Shown: piece by piece, positions 27,693 to 37,049 of the stretch
Layout of the letters: every line of letters begins with the position of its first letter
Numbering within the stretch: position 1 is the stretch's first letter
Source of the DNA: an uncultured Actinomycetes bacterium
GTDB lineage: Bacteria > Actinomycetota > UBA4738 > HRBIN12
Direction: 5' to 3'
Length of the DNA stretch: 64,000 nucleotides
NCBI GenBank assembly: GCA_963704885.1
Contig: CAVPIB010000001.1
Span: 672,001-736,000, forward strand
Translations under genes and position numbers: made by a program
The notes under the pieces: generated by a model
Seen by the model: the letters and a program-made list of their open reading frames with translations, nothing else
Databases searched by the model: none
Told to the model about the DNA's origin: nothing

Positions 27693-28439
27693 CTAGGCCG
27701 GTCCGAACCACGCGGGCGCGCTGCCACCGAGGAGGAACTCCTTGCGCTTCTTCTCCGCGCGGTCGAGGAGCGGCAGATGCAACAGGAACAGTAGCGTCGA
27801 CCCGATCATGAACATGATCGAGTACCGGGGCACGCTCCCCGAGTCGTGGTAGAGCGAGAGCGTCGTGAGCGGTCCGCCACCTGAATAATGTGCCTGCACG
27901 ACGGCGAGCGGCGTCTTGTCGTCTTCAGCCGTGGCGAATCGCACGCTATCCACAGAGAACTGAGTGGCCAGGACGGCGTCGCTTGCGAATTCCTCGCGGT
28001 CCAGCTCCTCGTTCGCCTGCTCCGCCAGGAACGAGGTCGCTGCGCTGGTCGCCGTCTCGACGGATCCCTCCTGGCTCTTGGTCGGCGTCTGCCACGGGCT
28101 CGACGGATAGTCGTCGAACGTCGTGTAAAGCTCGTTGGACGCCGACAGACCTGCCTCCACCACCACCCACGCTGGCTCGGCTCCACGTGGTCCCTGGTTG
28201 GTGGGAGTACCCGGGCCTTGTGCCCAGAACCCGAAGTACCACAACGAGGAGTGGATCATCAGCCAACCCGCGAAGCACACGGCCAGGATGAGGTAACCCA
28301 TCCATTTGCCGAACACGAACGACAGCATCAGATACACGCTGCCCACGAACAGGATCAACGCCACGACGGTGACCCCGGCGCCCTTGAAAAGGGTGCCGCA
28401 CTCGATGTGCAACCCTAAGCACGTGGAGGAGTCGATCAT
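27693..28439 (-). CDS. Membrane protein in the Rieske/cytochrome b operon
   Basis: Two N-terminal TM helices, a soluble domain, one C-terminal TM; coupled to the cytochrome c gene. Confidence 0.75.
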   Translation of the reverse strand: MIDSSTCLGLHIECGTLFKGAGVTVVALILFVGSVYLMLSFVFGKWMGYLILAVCFAGWLMIHSSLWYFGFWAQGPGTPTNQGPRGAEPAWVVVEAGLSASNELYTTFDDYPSSPWQTPTKSQEGSVETATSAATSFLAEQANEELDREEFASDAVLATQFSVDSVRFATAEDDKTPLAVVQAHYSGGGPLTTLSLYHDSGSVPRYSIMFMIGSTLLFLLHLPLLDRAEKKRKEFLLGGSAPAWFGPA

Positions 28440-29179
28440 CAGGCGCTCGCCTGCGGTGAGGCCGACTCCGACGCCGGACTCGTCGGGCTAGCGGACGGAG
28501 AAGCGGCCGCCTTGGCGGCGTCGGCATTGACGCACACGTTCTCCTCGAACGGCACGTTCTCCTCGTTCACGAAGACCAGGTAGTTCACGATGTCGTTGAT
28601 CTGCTGGTCGTCGAGCGCCCCCTCATACCGGATGCTCCACGACGGCATGCCGGCTGCGGCCCGCCCCCGCTCGATCACGGTGTAGATGTCATCGAGCGAC
28701 AGGATCTGGGTGTGTCCCGTCGACGGACCGCCGCAGATCGTGGACAGGTCGGGTGGATATGCGTAGCCGCCCTGGAACGCGATCACGCCTCCTCTTAGCT
28801 CCGGTCCGTGGCAGCGGACGCAGCCGACCCCCAGCTGGTTCTCCTCGCTGAAGAGCTCCACGGCGCGGCGGCCGCGGTCGATCGCCTGCGTCTTCAGTTC
28901 CTCCTCCTGTTTCAGGTTGGCGGAAGGCTCGATCAACCAGGTGTACGGGAGCCAGATAACGAAGAACGTGACCAGTACCACGCCCCAGCCCTGAAGCTTC
29001 TGTAGCAGCGGCGTCTCGAGCGCCGGATCTGACGGGCCGGGCTCCATGGCCGGGGGGATGTCTGGCGCCTGCTCGCGCGTCACACGTCCGCGCAGGACGA
29101 ATGCGCCGGCGGCGAGGACCACGAAGACCCCGCCCAGGACGAGCAGGATCACCCCCGCCGTGTCGCTCAACGCCAACAT
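28439..29179 (-). CDS. Membrane-anchored monoheme cytochrome c
   Basis: Two TM helices, CVRCH heme motif, GMPSW axial Met. Confidence 0.88.
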   Translation of the reverse strand: MLALSDTAGVILLVLGGVFVVLAAGAFVLRGRVTREQAPDIPPAMEPGPSDPALETPLLQKLQGWGVVLVTFFVIWLPYTWLIEPSANLKQEEELKTQAIDRGRRAVELFSEENQLGVGCVRCHGPELRGGVIAFQGGYAYPPDLSTICGGPSTGHTQILSLDDIYTVIERGRAAAGMPSWSIRYEGALDDQQINDIVNYLVFVNEENVPFEENVCVNADAAKAAASPSASPTSPASESASPQASA

Positions 29180-29195
29180 CGTCGCTCGACCCTCC

Positions 29196-29900
29196 CTATC
29201 CCGGGGCCACGCAGAAGGGTCCCTGGGGTGGTTCGCTGATCGTGTCCGCGCCGCGGGGCGGCCCCAGTATCACCTGGGATGTGTCCACCAAGACGTTGCC
29301 GCTCTCGAGCGTGATCTTGAACCTGTCCATGCCGCGGGGCGCCGGCCCCAGCTCATACTCCCCAGCGAAGTTGTACTTCGAGCCGTGACACGGACACTCG
29401 AACCACTTCGACGAGCCGCAGAACGGCACCCGGCAGCCCAGGTGCACGCACCGCTGGTAGAGAGGCATGATCCCGTCCGTCGTCACGCCTTCCGCCGGGT
29501 AGTCGGCATCCGGGGTGACCTTGCCCTCCCAGGACACCACGTAGAAGCGGCCGGCGCCGTTGTACACGGGCCCGTCGGCCAGCTCTGCCTTTATGTCGAC
29601 CAGCGTTCCGGCGTTGATCACCGACCCGAAGCCACCCTTGAGGCTTGGCCACATGAACGCGATGGAGGCTCCCCCGAACTGCGCGCCGAACACGAGCAGC
29701 GAAGTCAGGAGTGACTTGCGGAAGAAGTCGCGCCGAGACATCGGGGGCAGGGACCTCTTCGGCACCGCATCGCCTTCGGCTGCTGCCTTCTGCGCCTTGG
29801 CGGCCCGTAGGAACGAGAGCCCGAACACCACCGCGAAGATGTCGAGCGCGATGAAGACCACTATCGCGGCCGTGACCCCTGTGGAGAGCGCGATCGTCAT
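29196..29900 (-). CDS. Rieske 2Fe-2S subunit
   Basis: SRRDFF Tat-like motif, CVHLGC and CPCHGS. Confidence 0.92.
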   Translation of the reverse strand: MTIALSTGVTAAIVVFIALDIFAVVFGLSFLRAAKAQKAAAEGDAVPKRSLPPMSRRDFFRKSLLTSLLVFGAQFGGASIAFMWPSLKGGFGSVINAGTLVDIKAELADGPVYNGAGRFYVVSWEGKVTPDADYPAEGVTTDGIMPLYQRCVHLGCRVPFCGSSKWFECPCHGSKYNFAGEYELGPAPRGMDRFKITLESGNVLVDTSQVILGPPRGADTISEPPQGPFCVAPG

Positions 29901-30739
29901 AGGTCGAAGAACACCCCCTGCGCCCACGGCCAGACCCAGTTGTACCCGGGGCCGCGGAGGAAGCTCCCGATGATCGTGAGCGTGGCCCCGAAGCAGAAAA
30001 GGAGGGTGAACATGGTGATCGCGATCTTGCGATCACCCGGTTTCACGCTTGGGTTGCGGTCGACGAAGGGCACCGCCGCAAGTCCGACCAGGATGAAAGT
30101 GGGGATCGTGATCCCAGCGATCATGGGGTGGAAGTAACGCAGCAGCTCCTGCAGACCCAGGAAGTACCAGGGGGCCTTCGATGGGTTCGGCGTCAGGTTG
30201 GGGTTCGCAAGCTCACGCAGCGGCGCGTTCAGGAACGTGGAGAAGACGAGCACGCCGGCCGAGAGGATGAGCATGGCCACGAACTCCTCGATGAGCAGGT
30301 GCGGCATGACGTTCACTCGGTCACCCTGCTCGCGCTCAACCCGCTGGATGCCCTCGGGGGGCACCAGCGCCAAGAGACGGTGCTTGTCGTCCGCACCCTT
30401 CTTGGGCGTGGGGATGTTGCCTGTTGGAAGAGGCGCGGCGCGCACCGGCGAGGTGGTGGAAGCTGCCACCGCCATGACCGCTCCGACGCCCACCGGTACG
30501 GGCGCGGCTGCAGGCACTCCCGCGTCACCGTTGCCTGTCGGAGCGGCTGCGGCCGGAGTCGCCGCCGCCGCGGCGGCGGGGTGCTCGTGGACCTCGTCGG
30601 GATGTGCCTTGCGGTAGGCGGCTACGGCAGCCCGCCGAGCGCGGCCTTCGGCGATGCGCTTGTCCACTCCGGCCGTGGTCTGGGCGTCCAGCGTCTGCTG
30701 GTACACCTCCAGATCCTTCGGCAGCTCCTCCCAGTTCAC
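29897..30739 (-). CDS. Cytochrome b subunit IV-like (C-terminal half of a split cytochrome b) with N-terminal extension
   Basis: PLRELANPNLTPNPSKAPWYFLGLQELL (PEWY-equivalent), VPFVDRN; AGGAG before GTG 30739. Confidence 0.85.
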   Translation of the reverse strand: MNWEELPKDLEVYQQTLDAQTTAGVDKRIAEGRARRAAVAAYRKAHPDEVHEHPAAAAAATPAAAAPTGNGDAGVPAAAPVPVGVGAVMAVAASTTSPVRAAPLPTGNIPTPKKGADDKHRLLALVPPEGIQRVEREQGDRVNVMPHLLIEEFVAMLILSAGVLVFSTFLNAPLRELANPNLTPNPSKAPWYFLGLQELLRYFHPMIAGITIPTFILVGLAAVPFVDRNPSVKPGDRKIAITMFTLLFCFGATLTIIGSFLRGPGYNWVWPWAQGVFFDL

Positions 30740-30749
30740 GATGTCGCTC

Positions 30750-31520
30750 CTAGAGTGGTCCGGAGATCCCGCCGTCCTTGCGGATCCGCCAGAAGTGGAC
30801 CGCAAGGAAGATCACCAACACGAACGGCAGCGCCAACACGTGGAGCACGTACCACCGGAGCAGCGTATTCGGCCCGACGACCACGCCGCCCAGGAGCAGG
30901 AAGTTGGCCTGCTTCGCGATGAACGGCGAATAGCCCGCGAGAGACGTGCCCACCGTGACCGCCCAGATCGCCAGCTGGTCCCAAGGCAGCAGGTAGCCGG
31001 TGAACGAAAGACCGAGCGTTAGGAACAGCAGGATCACGCCCACGACCCAGTTGAACTCGCGCGGTGGCTTGTAGGCACCCGTGTAGAAGACGCGTGCCAT
31101 GTGCAGCGTCACCGACAGAACCATCAGGTGCGCGCCCCATCGGTGCAGGTTGCGGACCAGGTCGCCGAAGAAGACCGATGTCCTGATGGACTGCATGTCG
31201 GCGTAGGCGACCGCACCACCCAGGTCGGCCATCGGCCGGTAGAAGAACATCAGGAAGATGCCCGTGACGGTCAGCAGGATGAACAGGAAGAACGAGAGTC
31301 CGCCCAGGCAGAACGTGTAGGTCAGCTTCAGCCCGTGGCGCTTCACCTTCACCGGGTGCAGGTGGTAGAGCACGTTGTTCATGGTTGCTAGCGCGCGGTC
31401 GCGTGAGGTGTCCTTGTAGCCCTTGCGGAAGAGCGACCCCGGCCGGAAGATCGACTTCCAGACCTCGGTTTCTCGGATGCGGTCGCCCACCTCGCTCGGT
31501 GACGGCGGCTTCAGCTTCAC
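30750..31520 (-). CDS. Cytochrome b6-like (N-terminal half of a split cytochrome b)
   Basis: [53 protein letters not shown]. Confidence 0.92.
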   Translation of the reverse strand: MKLKPPSPSEVGDRIRETEVWKSIFRPGSLFRKGYKDTSRDRALATMNNVLYHLHPVKVKRHGLKLTYTFCLGGLSFFLFILLTVTGIFLMFFYRPMADLGGAVAYADMQSIRTSVFFGDLVRNLHRWGAHLMVLSVTLHMARVFYTGAYKPPREFNWVVGVILLFLTLGLSFTGYLLPWDQLAIWAVTVGTSLAGYSPFIAKQANFLLLGGVVVGPNTLLRWYVLHVLALPFVLVIFLAVHFWRIRKDGGISGPL

Positions 31521-31565
31521 CCGGCTTCCCTTCTCCCGTTCATGCCCACCGGTCCGATGGAGACC

Positions 31566-31964
31566 TCACTCAGCCTCCGCCTGCGCCATAGGGACCTGAG
31601 CCATGGCGCGTGCGCCGCCGGCTCCGCCTTCCGGCAGTCGCGCATAGTACAGCGTGTCGGTGGGACAACGATCCACGCAGACCGAGCAACGGGTGCATGC
31701 GTTGTCGTCAACCACGAAGACCGCCGTCGAACTGTTGACCTCGGCGCCCACCGAGTCCTCTTCGGCCCCTTCTACGATCTCCGGAGACATCATGAAGATG
31801 CAGTTCCATGGACACACGTCCTCGCATGCCCGGCACAAGATGCAGTTGTCCGGGTCGAGCATGAGGTGCTTGGGCGACTTGACCCCTATCGCCAGCCACG
31901 CGGGGTCGACGGCCTCCACCACGTAGTCGTCGTGGATGTCGACCTCGGTCTTGGTGAAAGGCAT
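31566..31964 (-). CDS. 2x[4Fe-4S] ferredoxin
   Basis: CILCRACEDVCP and CTRCSVCVDRCP. Confidence 0.9.
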   Translation of the reverse strand: MPFTKTEVDIHDDYVVEAVDPAWLAIGVKSPKHLMLDPDNCILCRACEDVCPWNCIFMMSPEIVEGAEEDSVGAEVNSSTAVFVVDDNACTRCSVCVDRCPTDTLYYARLPEGGAGGARAMAQVPMAQAEAE

Positions 31965-31972
31965 GACAGTCC

Positions 31973-32341
31973 CTACCGGTATCCGCCCGTTGGGCGGACG
32001 TCGCCAGACTGTCCGCGGAGCTTCCGACGCCAGTTCTGGGCGATCGTCGCGACGACCAGGATCGTGATGATCGGACCGGTCACGAGTCCCATAGCGACCG
32101 CGTCCCGCAGTTCCATCAGCCAGAAGCCGTTCGGCCCCGACCCGTTCCACTTGAGCTGCTGGTCGGCGAAGTAGAGCCACCACGATGGGATAACGGACGT
32201 GGTGATCATGATGAAGAACGTGAGTCCCAGGGAGAAGACGACCGCCTTCGTCCAGTTCCACTCGAAGGTCTTCAGCAGCGCCTCTACGCGCGCCTTCGGC
32301 TTGGCCAGACGCGACGGCTTCACGACCTCCACCTGGCTCAT
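31973..32341 (-). CDS. Two-TM membrane protein, first gene of the Rieske/cytochrome b operon
   Basis: Two hydrophobic helices, ends in GGYR; TATAAT upstream on the minus strand. Confidence 0.7.
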   Translation of the reverse strand: MSQVEVVKPSRLAKPKARVEALLKTFEWNWTKAVVFSLGLTFFIMITTSVIPSWWLYFADQQLKWNGSGPNGFWLMELRDAVAMGLVTGPIITILVVATIAQNWRRKLRGQSGDVRPTGGYR

Positions 32342-32410
32342 GCCTGCATCGTCTCCATAGGCGGGGCGATTATAGCCATGCGCGGTTGGGCCGGATCGTG
32401 TGGACAGCTC

Positions 32411-32428
32411 TTGTGAATCCTTTCACGA
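32411..32428. promoter_or_regulatory. Rex operator
   Basis: TTGTGAATCCTTTCACGA, one mismatch to TTGTGAAnnnnTTCACAA, between divergent respiratory operons. Confidence 0.8.
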
Positions 32429-32537
32429 GACACCACTATGCCGTCCTCCCACGGTCGTCGCAACCCACCGAGGCCACCTCTCGCCCGGACGAGGGCTGTC
32501 CGTACACTGGTAGCCCTAGCCGCCATCCGAGAGGTCG

Positions 32538-33266
32538 ATGATCGCCGACATCGTGCAGACGGGTCTCGCGTCGTGGTGGGCGCCCGCGCTCGCGTTCGCT
32601 GCGGGGATAGTGTCGTTCGCCTCGCCGTGCGTCTTCCCGCTGGTGCCGGGGTATATCTCATTCGTCACGGGGGAGCGCGCCATCGATGGCGAGTCGCGCC
32701 GACCGCTCGTCCCCATCCTGCTGTTCATAGCTGGCTTCACGCTGGTGTTCACGCTCATGGGTGCGTTCGCCGACACGTTCGTGAGGATCTTCAGAGCCGA
32801 GACGGGTCAGAAGATCGCCGGAGTCGTGGTCGTAGCGATGGGTGTCCTGACGATCGTGTTCGCGATGCGGCGCGGGGGTCCCGCGCTCTACACGGAGCGC
32901 AGGCCGTTCCTGACGAAGGTGCGACCCGGAACCGTGGGGGCCATGCCTCTAGGTATGGCGTTCGCGGCGGGGTGGACGCCCTGCCTCGGCCCGGTCCTGA
33001 CCGGCATCCTGGCGATCGCGACCATCCAGAGCTCGGTCCAGGGGGTCCTGCTGCTCGTGGCGTACTCGCTCGGCCTGGGGGTGCCGTTCCTGTTGGTCGG
33101 GCTCGGCGTGCAGCGGTTCGTGGGCGCGTTCGGGTGGGTGAAGCGCAACTACGCGTGGATCGCGGGTGCGTCGGGAGCGCTCCTCGTCGTGGTCGGCGTG
33201 ATGCTCATGACGGGGACCTTCACGCGACTGTTCGCGCCGCTCAGCCGGTTCGCACCCGGGCTGTGA
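32538..33266 (+). CDS. ccdA: Cytochrome c biogenesis protein CcdA
   Basis: SFASPCVFPLVPGYIS and AGWTPCLGPVL. Confidence 0.93.
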   Translation: MIADIVQTGLASWWAPALAFAAGIVSFASPCVFPLVPGYISFVTGERAIDGESRRPLVPILLFIAGFTLVFTLMGAFADTFVRIFRAETGQKIAGVVVVAMGVLTIVFAMRRGGPALYTERRPFLTKVRPGTVGAMPLGMAFAAGWTPCLGPVLTGILAIATIQSSVQGVLLLVAYSLGLGVPFLLVGLGVQRFVGAFGWVKRNYAWIAGASGALLVVVGVMLMTGTFTRLFAPLSRFAPGL

Positions 33267-33320
33267 ACGCCGCGCGGCCGTGCCCGTTCCTGCGTCGACC
33301 GTAGGATAGAGCGACTCTCG

Positions 33321-34895
33321 ATGCCCTCCAGCCGCGTGACCCTCCGGCAATCCAGCGCCCTGGTCTGGCGGACCCTGCGGTCCATGCGGACGGCGCTGAT
33401 CCTGCTGCTCATGTTGGCGCTCGCTTCGGTGGTCGGCTCGCTCGTACCCCAGTTGCCGAACTCCCCAGAACGGGTCGCCCGTTACCAGCTGGATCATCCA
33501 CTGTTGGGCGCCGCGTATGGGCGTCTAGGCCTGTTCGACGTCTACGGGTCGTGGTGGTTCGTCTTGATCACGACCCTGCTGTTCGTCTCGTTGGTGGCCT
33601 GTCTGCTGCCCCGCACGCGCGCGTTGATCCGCACGCTCCGACAGCGACCGGTGCAGGCCCGAGAGATCGACGGGTTCCGCCTCTACCAGGAGCGTTCGGT
33701 GCCGGCGGATCCCGCCCGAGCGATCGACGGTTCGCATCGCGTGTTGAGGCGGCGGTTCTTCCGCGTGGCGCGCGACGGCGACGGTCGCCAGGCTCTCGCC
33801 GCCGAGAAGGGCTCTCTCCGCGAGATCGGCAGCCTGCTCTTCCATTGGGCGTTCCTGTTGATCGTCGTCGGTGTCATCTACGGGAAGGGGACCGGGTTCA
33901 CCGGACGCGCGGTCGTGATCGAAGGGAGGACGTGGATAGATGCCCAGGCGAACTACGACGGCCAGATCCGCACGGGCCGCTTCTTCCAGGGCGACTTCAC
34001 CGGTATCGGGATCCATCTGCGTGGCTTCGAGGACACATATCGACGTACGGGCCAACCGATGGACTTCGTGTCCCACGTCGACCTGCTGGACCCCCAAGGG
34101 AACCTGGTACGGAAGGCCGACATCCGTGTCAACCATCCCGCCTCGATAGACGGTGTTGAGATCTATCAGTACGGATTCGGATGGGCGCCGGTCGTGGAGG
34201 TCCGCCGGGACGGCGAGCTGATCGCGGCCGAGCCCCTCACTTTCGTGCAGGATACGGCGCCGGCGGGTGTCCCCCAGCTGGCGATGCCTTGGTACGGGGT
34301 GCTGAAGCTCGCATCGCTCGACCCGCAGATCGGTATCCAGCTCGAGCTTTGGCCCGACAGCCGCGCGTTCGTGCAGCAACTGCAGACCGGGCAACCGGTA
34401 CCTATGATCCAGGCGTTCCAGCCGTTCATGCGATTCGCGGTGTTCCGGGGCCAGCTCAGGGATCTGTCCTCGCTGACGCTTGACACGAGCGTGATGGACG
34501 CGGGGACGCGCGGGATCGTCGGCGCCGGAACCACGGTCGACCTGCGGTCCGGCGAGCCCGTCGAGGGCGACCAGGCACCCACAGGCCTGACGATCTCGTT
34601 CCCCGAGCTGCGGCAGTACAGCGTCCTGCAGGTGAGCCGGGATCGAGGGGTGCCCCTGGTGCTCGTTGCCGCTATCCTCGTCCTTCTCGGCCTGCTGCCG
34701 GCGCTGTACACGTCTCGGCGCAAGGTCTGGGTCCGGGCAGAGCCGAACGGGAGCGGCACCGTCTTGAAGGTTGGAGGTTTCGCGCTGCAGCGAAAGGCTC
34801 AGTTCGAGGAGGAGTTCGCGAAGCTGGTGGACGCCATGGCGCTTGCCGCGGATGCCCCCGCCGCGAAGGAGGGAGAACGGGTGAACTCGCGATGA
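33321..34895 (+). CDS. resB: Cytochrome c biogenesis protein ResB/Ccs1
   Basis: LRSMRTALILL, GLFDVYGSWWF, SLVAC, LLFH and VNHP. Confidence 0.9.
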   Translation: MPSSRVTLRQSSALVWRTLRSMRTALILLLMLALASVVGSLVPQLPNSPERVARYQLDHPLLGAAYGRLGLFDVYGSWWFVLITTLLFVSLVACLLPRTRALIRTLRQRPVQAREIDGFRLYQERSVPADPARAIDGSHRVLRRRFFRVARDGDGRQALAAEKGSLREIGSLLFHWAFLLIVVGVIYGKGTGFTGRAVVIEGRTWIDAQANYDGQIRTGRFFQGDFTGIGIHLRGFEDTYRRTGQPMDFVSHVDLLDPQGNLVRKADIRVNHPASIDGVEIYQYGFGWAPVVEVRRDGELIAAEPLTFVQDTAPAGVPQLAMPWYGVLKLASLDPQIGIQLELWPDSRAFVQQLQTGQPVPMIQAFQPFMRFAVFRGQLRDLSSLTLDTSVMDAGTRGIVGAGTTVDLRSGEPVEGDQAPTGLTISFPELRQYSVLQVSRDRGVPLVLVAAILVLLGLLPALYTSRRKVWVRAEPNGSGTVLKVGGFALQRKAQFEEEFAKLVDAMALAADAPAAKEGERVNSR

Positions 34896-35848
34896 CCGAT
34901 CTGCAGTGGGGGCGGCTGTCCAACGACGCGTTCAACGTGGCGTTGTTCGCCTACGTCGCGGCGATGGTGGGGTACTTCGCCTTCCTTGCGTTCCGTCGCG
35001 ACCCCATCTGGTTGCTCTCACGGACCGTCGCGTACGTGGGCCTGGGTGCGAACATCGTTGCGGTGGTCGCGCGTGCGTTCGCGGCCAACCGGGTCCCGTG
35101 GGGCAACATGTACGAGTACTCGATCCTGCTGGCGTTGCTGGTGGTGGCCGGGTACCTGCTGATCGTGGAGGGGCACTATAAGGTCAGGACGCTCGGCGGG
35201 TTCGCGCTCATGTTCGCGGTGTTCACCATGGCCGTCGCGGTCTCGTTCTTGTATGTGGAGCCGCTGCCCCTGGTGCCGGCTCTCAACTCCTACTGGATCA
35301 AGATCCACGTCGTGGCCGCGATCTCCGGCTCGTCGCTCTTCGCACTGGGCGGGGGTGTGCTCACCATGCTGTTCCTGTTCCAGGATCGACGGGAACGACG
35401 GCAGCTCGCCGCGTTCCGATCTCAGGACCCGCCACCGATCATGGGGGGCTCCGTGGACGCGGACGCCCCGCCGGGGTTCGCGCCCGACGCCGAGGAGCCG
35501 GCGGCCGTGCCCGGCGACCGGCGTGGGTTCTTGCCGGTGGCGGCCGCGCTCGACGTGATGGCTTACCGGGTCATAGCCTTCGCGTTCCCGATCTGGACCT
35601 TCGCGGTGATCGCAGGCGCCATCTGGGCGCAGGAAGCGTGGGGTCGCTACTGGGGGTGGGATCCCAAGGAGACCTGGTCGTTCGTCACCTGGGTGATCTA
35701 TGCGGGGTACCTTCACGCTCGCTCGACGTCGGGCTGGAAGGGTCGCCCGGCTGCCGTCGTGGCGCTCGTGGGCTTCGTCTCGCTGTTGATCACCTACTAC
35801 GCGGTGAACCTATGGATCGTCGGTCTGCACTCGTACAAGGGCTTCTAG
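34892..35848 (+). CDS. ccsA: Cytochrome c biogenesis protein CcsA/ResC
   Basis: VPWGNMYE, WIKIHV and GAIWAQEAWGRYWGWDPKETW (WWD domain). Confidence 0.93.
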   Translation: MTDLQWGRLSNDAFNVALFAYVAAMVGYFAFLAFRRDPIWLLSRTVAYVGLGANIVAVVARAFAANRVPWGNMYEYSILLALLVVAGYLLIVEGHYKVRTLGGFALMFAVFTMAVAVSFLYVEPLPLVPALNSYWIKIHVVAAISGSSLFALGGGVLTMLFLFQDRRERRQLAAFRSQDPPPIMGGSVDADAPPGFAPDAEEPAAVPGDRRGFLPVAAALDVMAYRVIAFAFPIWTFAVIAGAIWAQEAWGRYWGWDPKETWSFVTWVIYAGYLHARSTSGWKGRPAAVVALVGFVSLLITYYAVNLWIVGLHSYKGF

Positions 35849-35947
35849 TGGTAGGTGAAAAGGCTGTCATCTGAAGGGTGGTACAGTGCGCGCGCCTCGG
35901 CGCCCGCGACGGCGTCGGTCCGACCGCACCGGGGAGGCTCTGGGAAC

Positions 35948-37045
35948 TTGCGGAAGCGGCTGCTCTGGGTCTTGGGCCCACTGGCCCTCGGGCTGTTGCT
36001 CGCATCCTGCGCCCCGAACGCCGGTCAGGATTCGCTGAAGCCCGAGGGTCCGTACGCCCAGACCATCTACGATCTCTTCGTCCCCATCTTCTGGGTCGCG
36101 GCGGCGGTGTTCGTGATAGTGGAGGGCGGCATCGTCCTCATCCTGATCAAGTATCGCCATCGCAAGAACCGCGACCAGATGCCGGCGCAGTCCCACGGCA
36201 ACACGCGTCTGGAGATCGGCTGGACCATCTTGCCCGCGGTCGTGCTGGCGTTCGTCACCGTTCCGACGGTGGCTACCATCTGGGATCTGGCGAAACCGCC
36301 ACCGCCGGATGCCCTCCATGTCACGGTAGAGGGTCACCAGTGGTGGTGGGGATTCCGCTACACCGATCCCGACATGACCACCGCTTTCGGCGAGAGCGAT
36401 CCGATCGTGGTCGGCGATGTGATGGTGATCCCCACCGGCCGAACCGTCTACCTCGACCTTTCGGCCGTGGCCGCCGGTGCCAAGGACGACGCGGGCGTGC
36501 CCGACTACGCCGTGATCCATTCTTTCTGGGTGCCGCAGCTGGCGGGCAAGCAGGACGTGGTGCCGGGTCGGACGAACCACATCTTGCTCCAGGCCGACCA
36601 GCCCGGGACCTACTACGGACAGTGCGCCGAGTTCTGCGGGCTACAGCACGGCCGGATGAAGTTCCGAGTGCTCGCGCTCTCGCCGAGCGATTTCGAAGCC
36701 TGGGTCGCGAACGAGAAGCAACCTGCGGTCACGCCGCAGGAAGCGCTGGCGCGCCAGGGCGCCGATCTGTTCGCCAACGGCGTGGGCAGTGGCGGGCAGT
36801 GCATCGCATGTCATGCGATCGGTGGCTTGAACGCAGGGGTCGACGCCGGGCCGAACCTCACCCACTACGCCGCCGAGTCCCATTCCTGCTTCGCCGGGTG
36901 CAACTGGGACACCCGCGACATCGACGCGCTGAAGGCCTGGCTCCGCGACCCGGGCGCGGTGAAGCTAGGAGCGAAGATGCCCAACTACGACCTGACCGAG
37001 CCCGAGATCGACGCTCTCGCCGCCTACCTGATGAGCCTGACATGA
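35948..37045 (+). CDS. ctaC: Cytochrome c oxidase subunit II with C-terminal cytochrome c domain (caa3-type)
   Basis: Lipobox LASC, HQWWW, VIHSFW, CAEFCGLQHGRM CuA motif, CIACH; start uncertain (35855 or 35948). Confidence 0.92.
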   Translation: MRKRLLWVLGPLALGLLLASCAPNAGQDSLKPEGPYAQTIYDLFVPIFWVAAAVFVIVEGGIVLILIKYRHRKNRDQMPAQSHGNTRLEIGWTILPAVVLAFVTVPTVATIWDLAKPPPPDALHVTVEGHQWWWGFRYTDPDMTTAFGESDPIVVGDVMVIPTGRTVYLDLSAVAAGAKDDAGVPDYAVIHSFWVPQLAGKQDVVPGRTNHILLQADQPGTYYGQCAEFCGLQHGRMKFRVLALSPSDFEAWVANEKQPAVTPQEALARQGADLFANGVGSGGQCIACHAIGGLNAGVDAGPNLTHYAAESHSCFAGCNWDTRDIDALKAWLRDPGAVKLGAKMPNYDLTEPEIDALAAYLMSLT

Positions 37046-37049
37046 GGAG

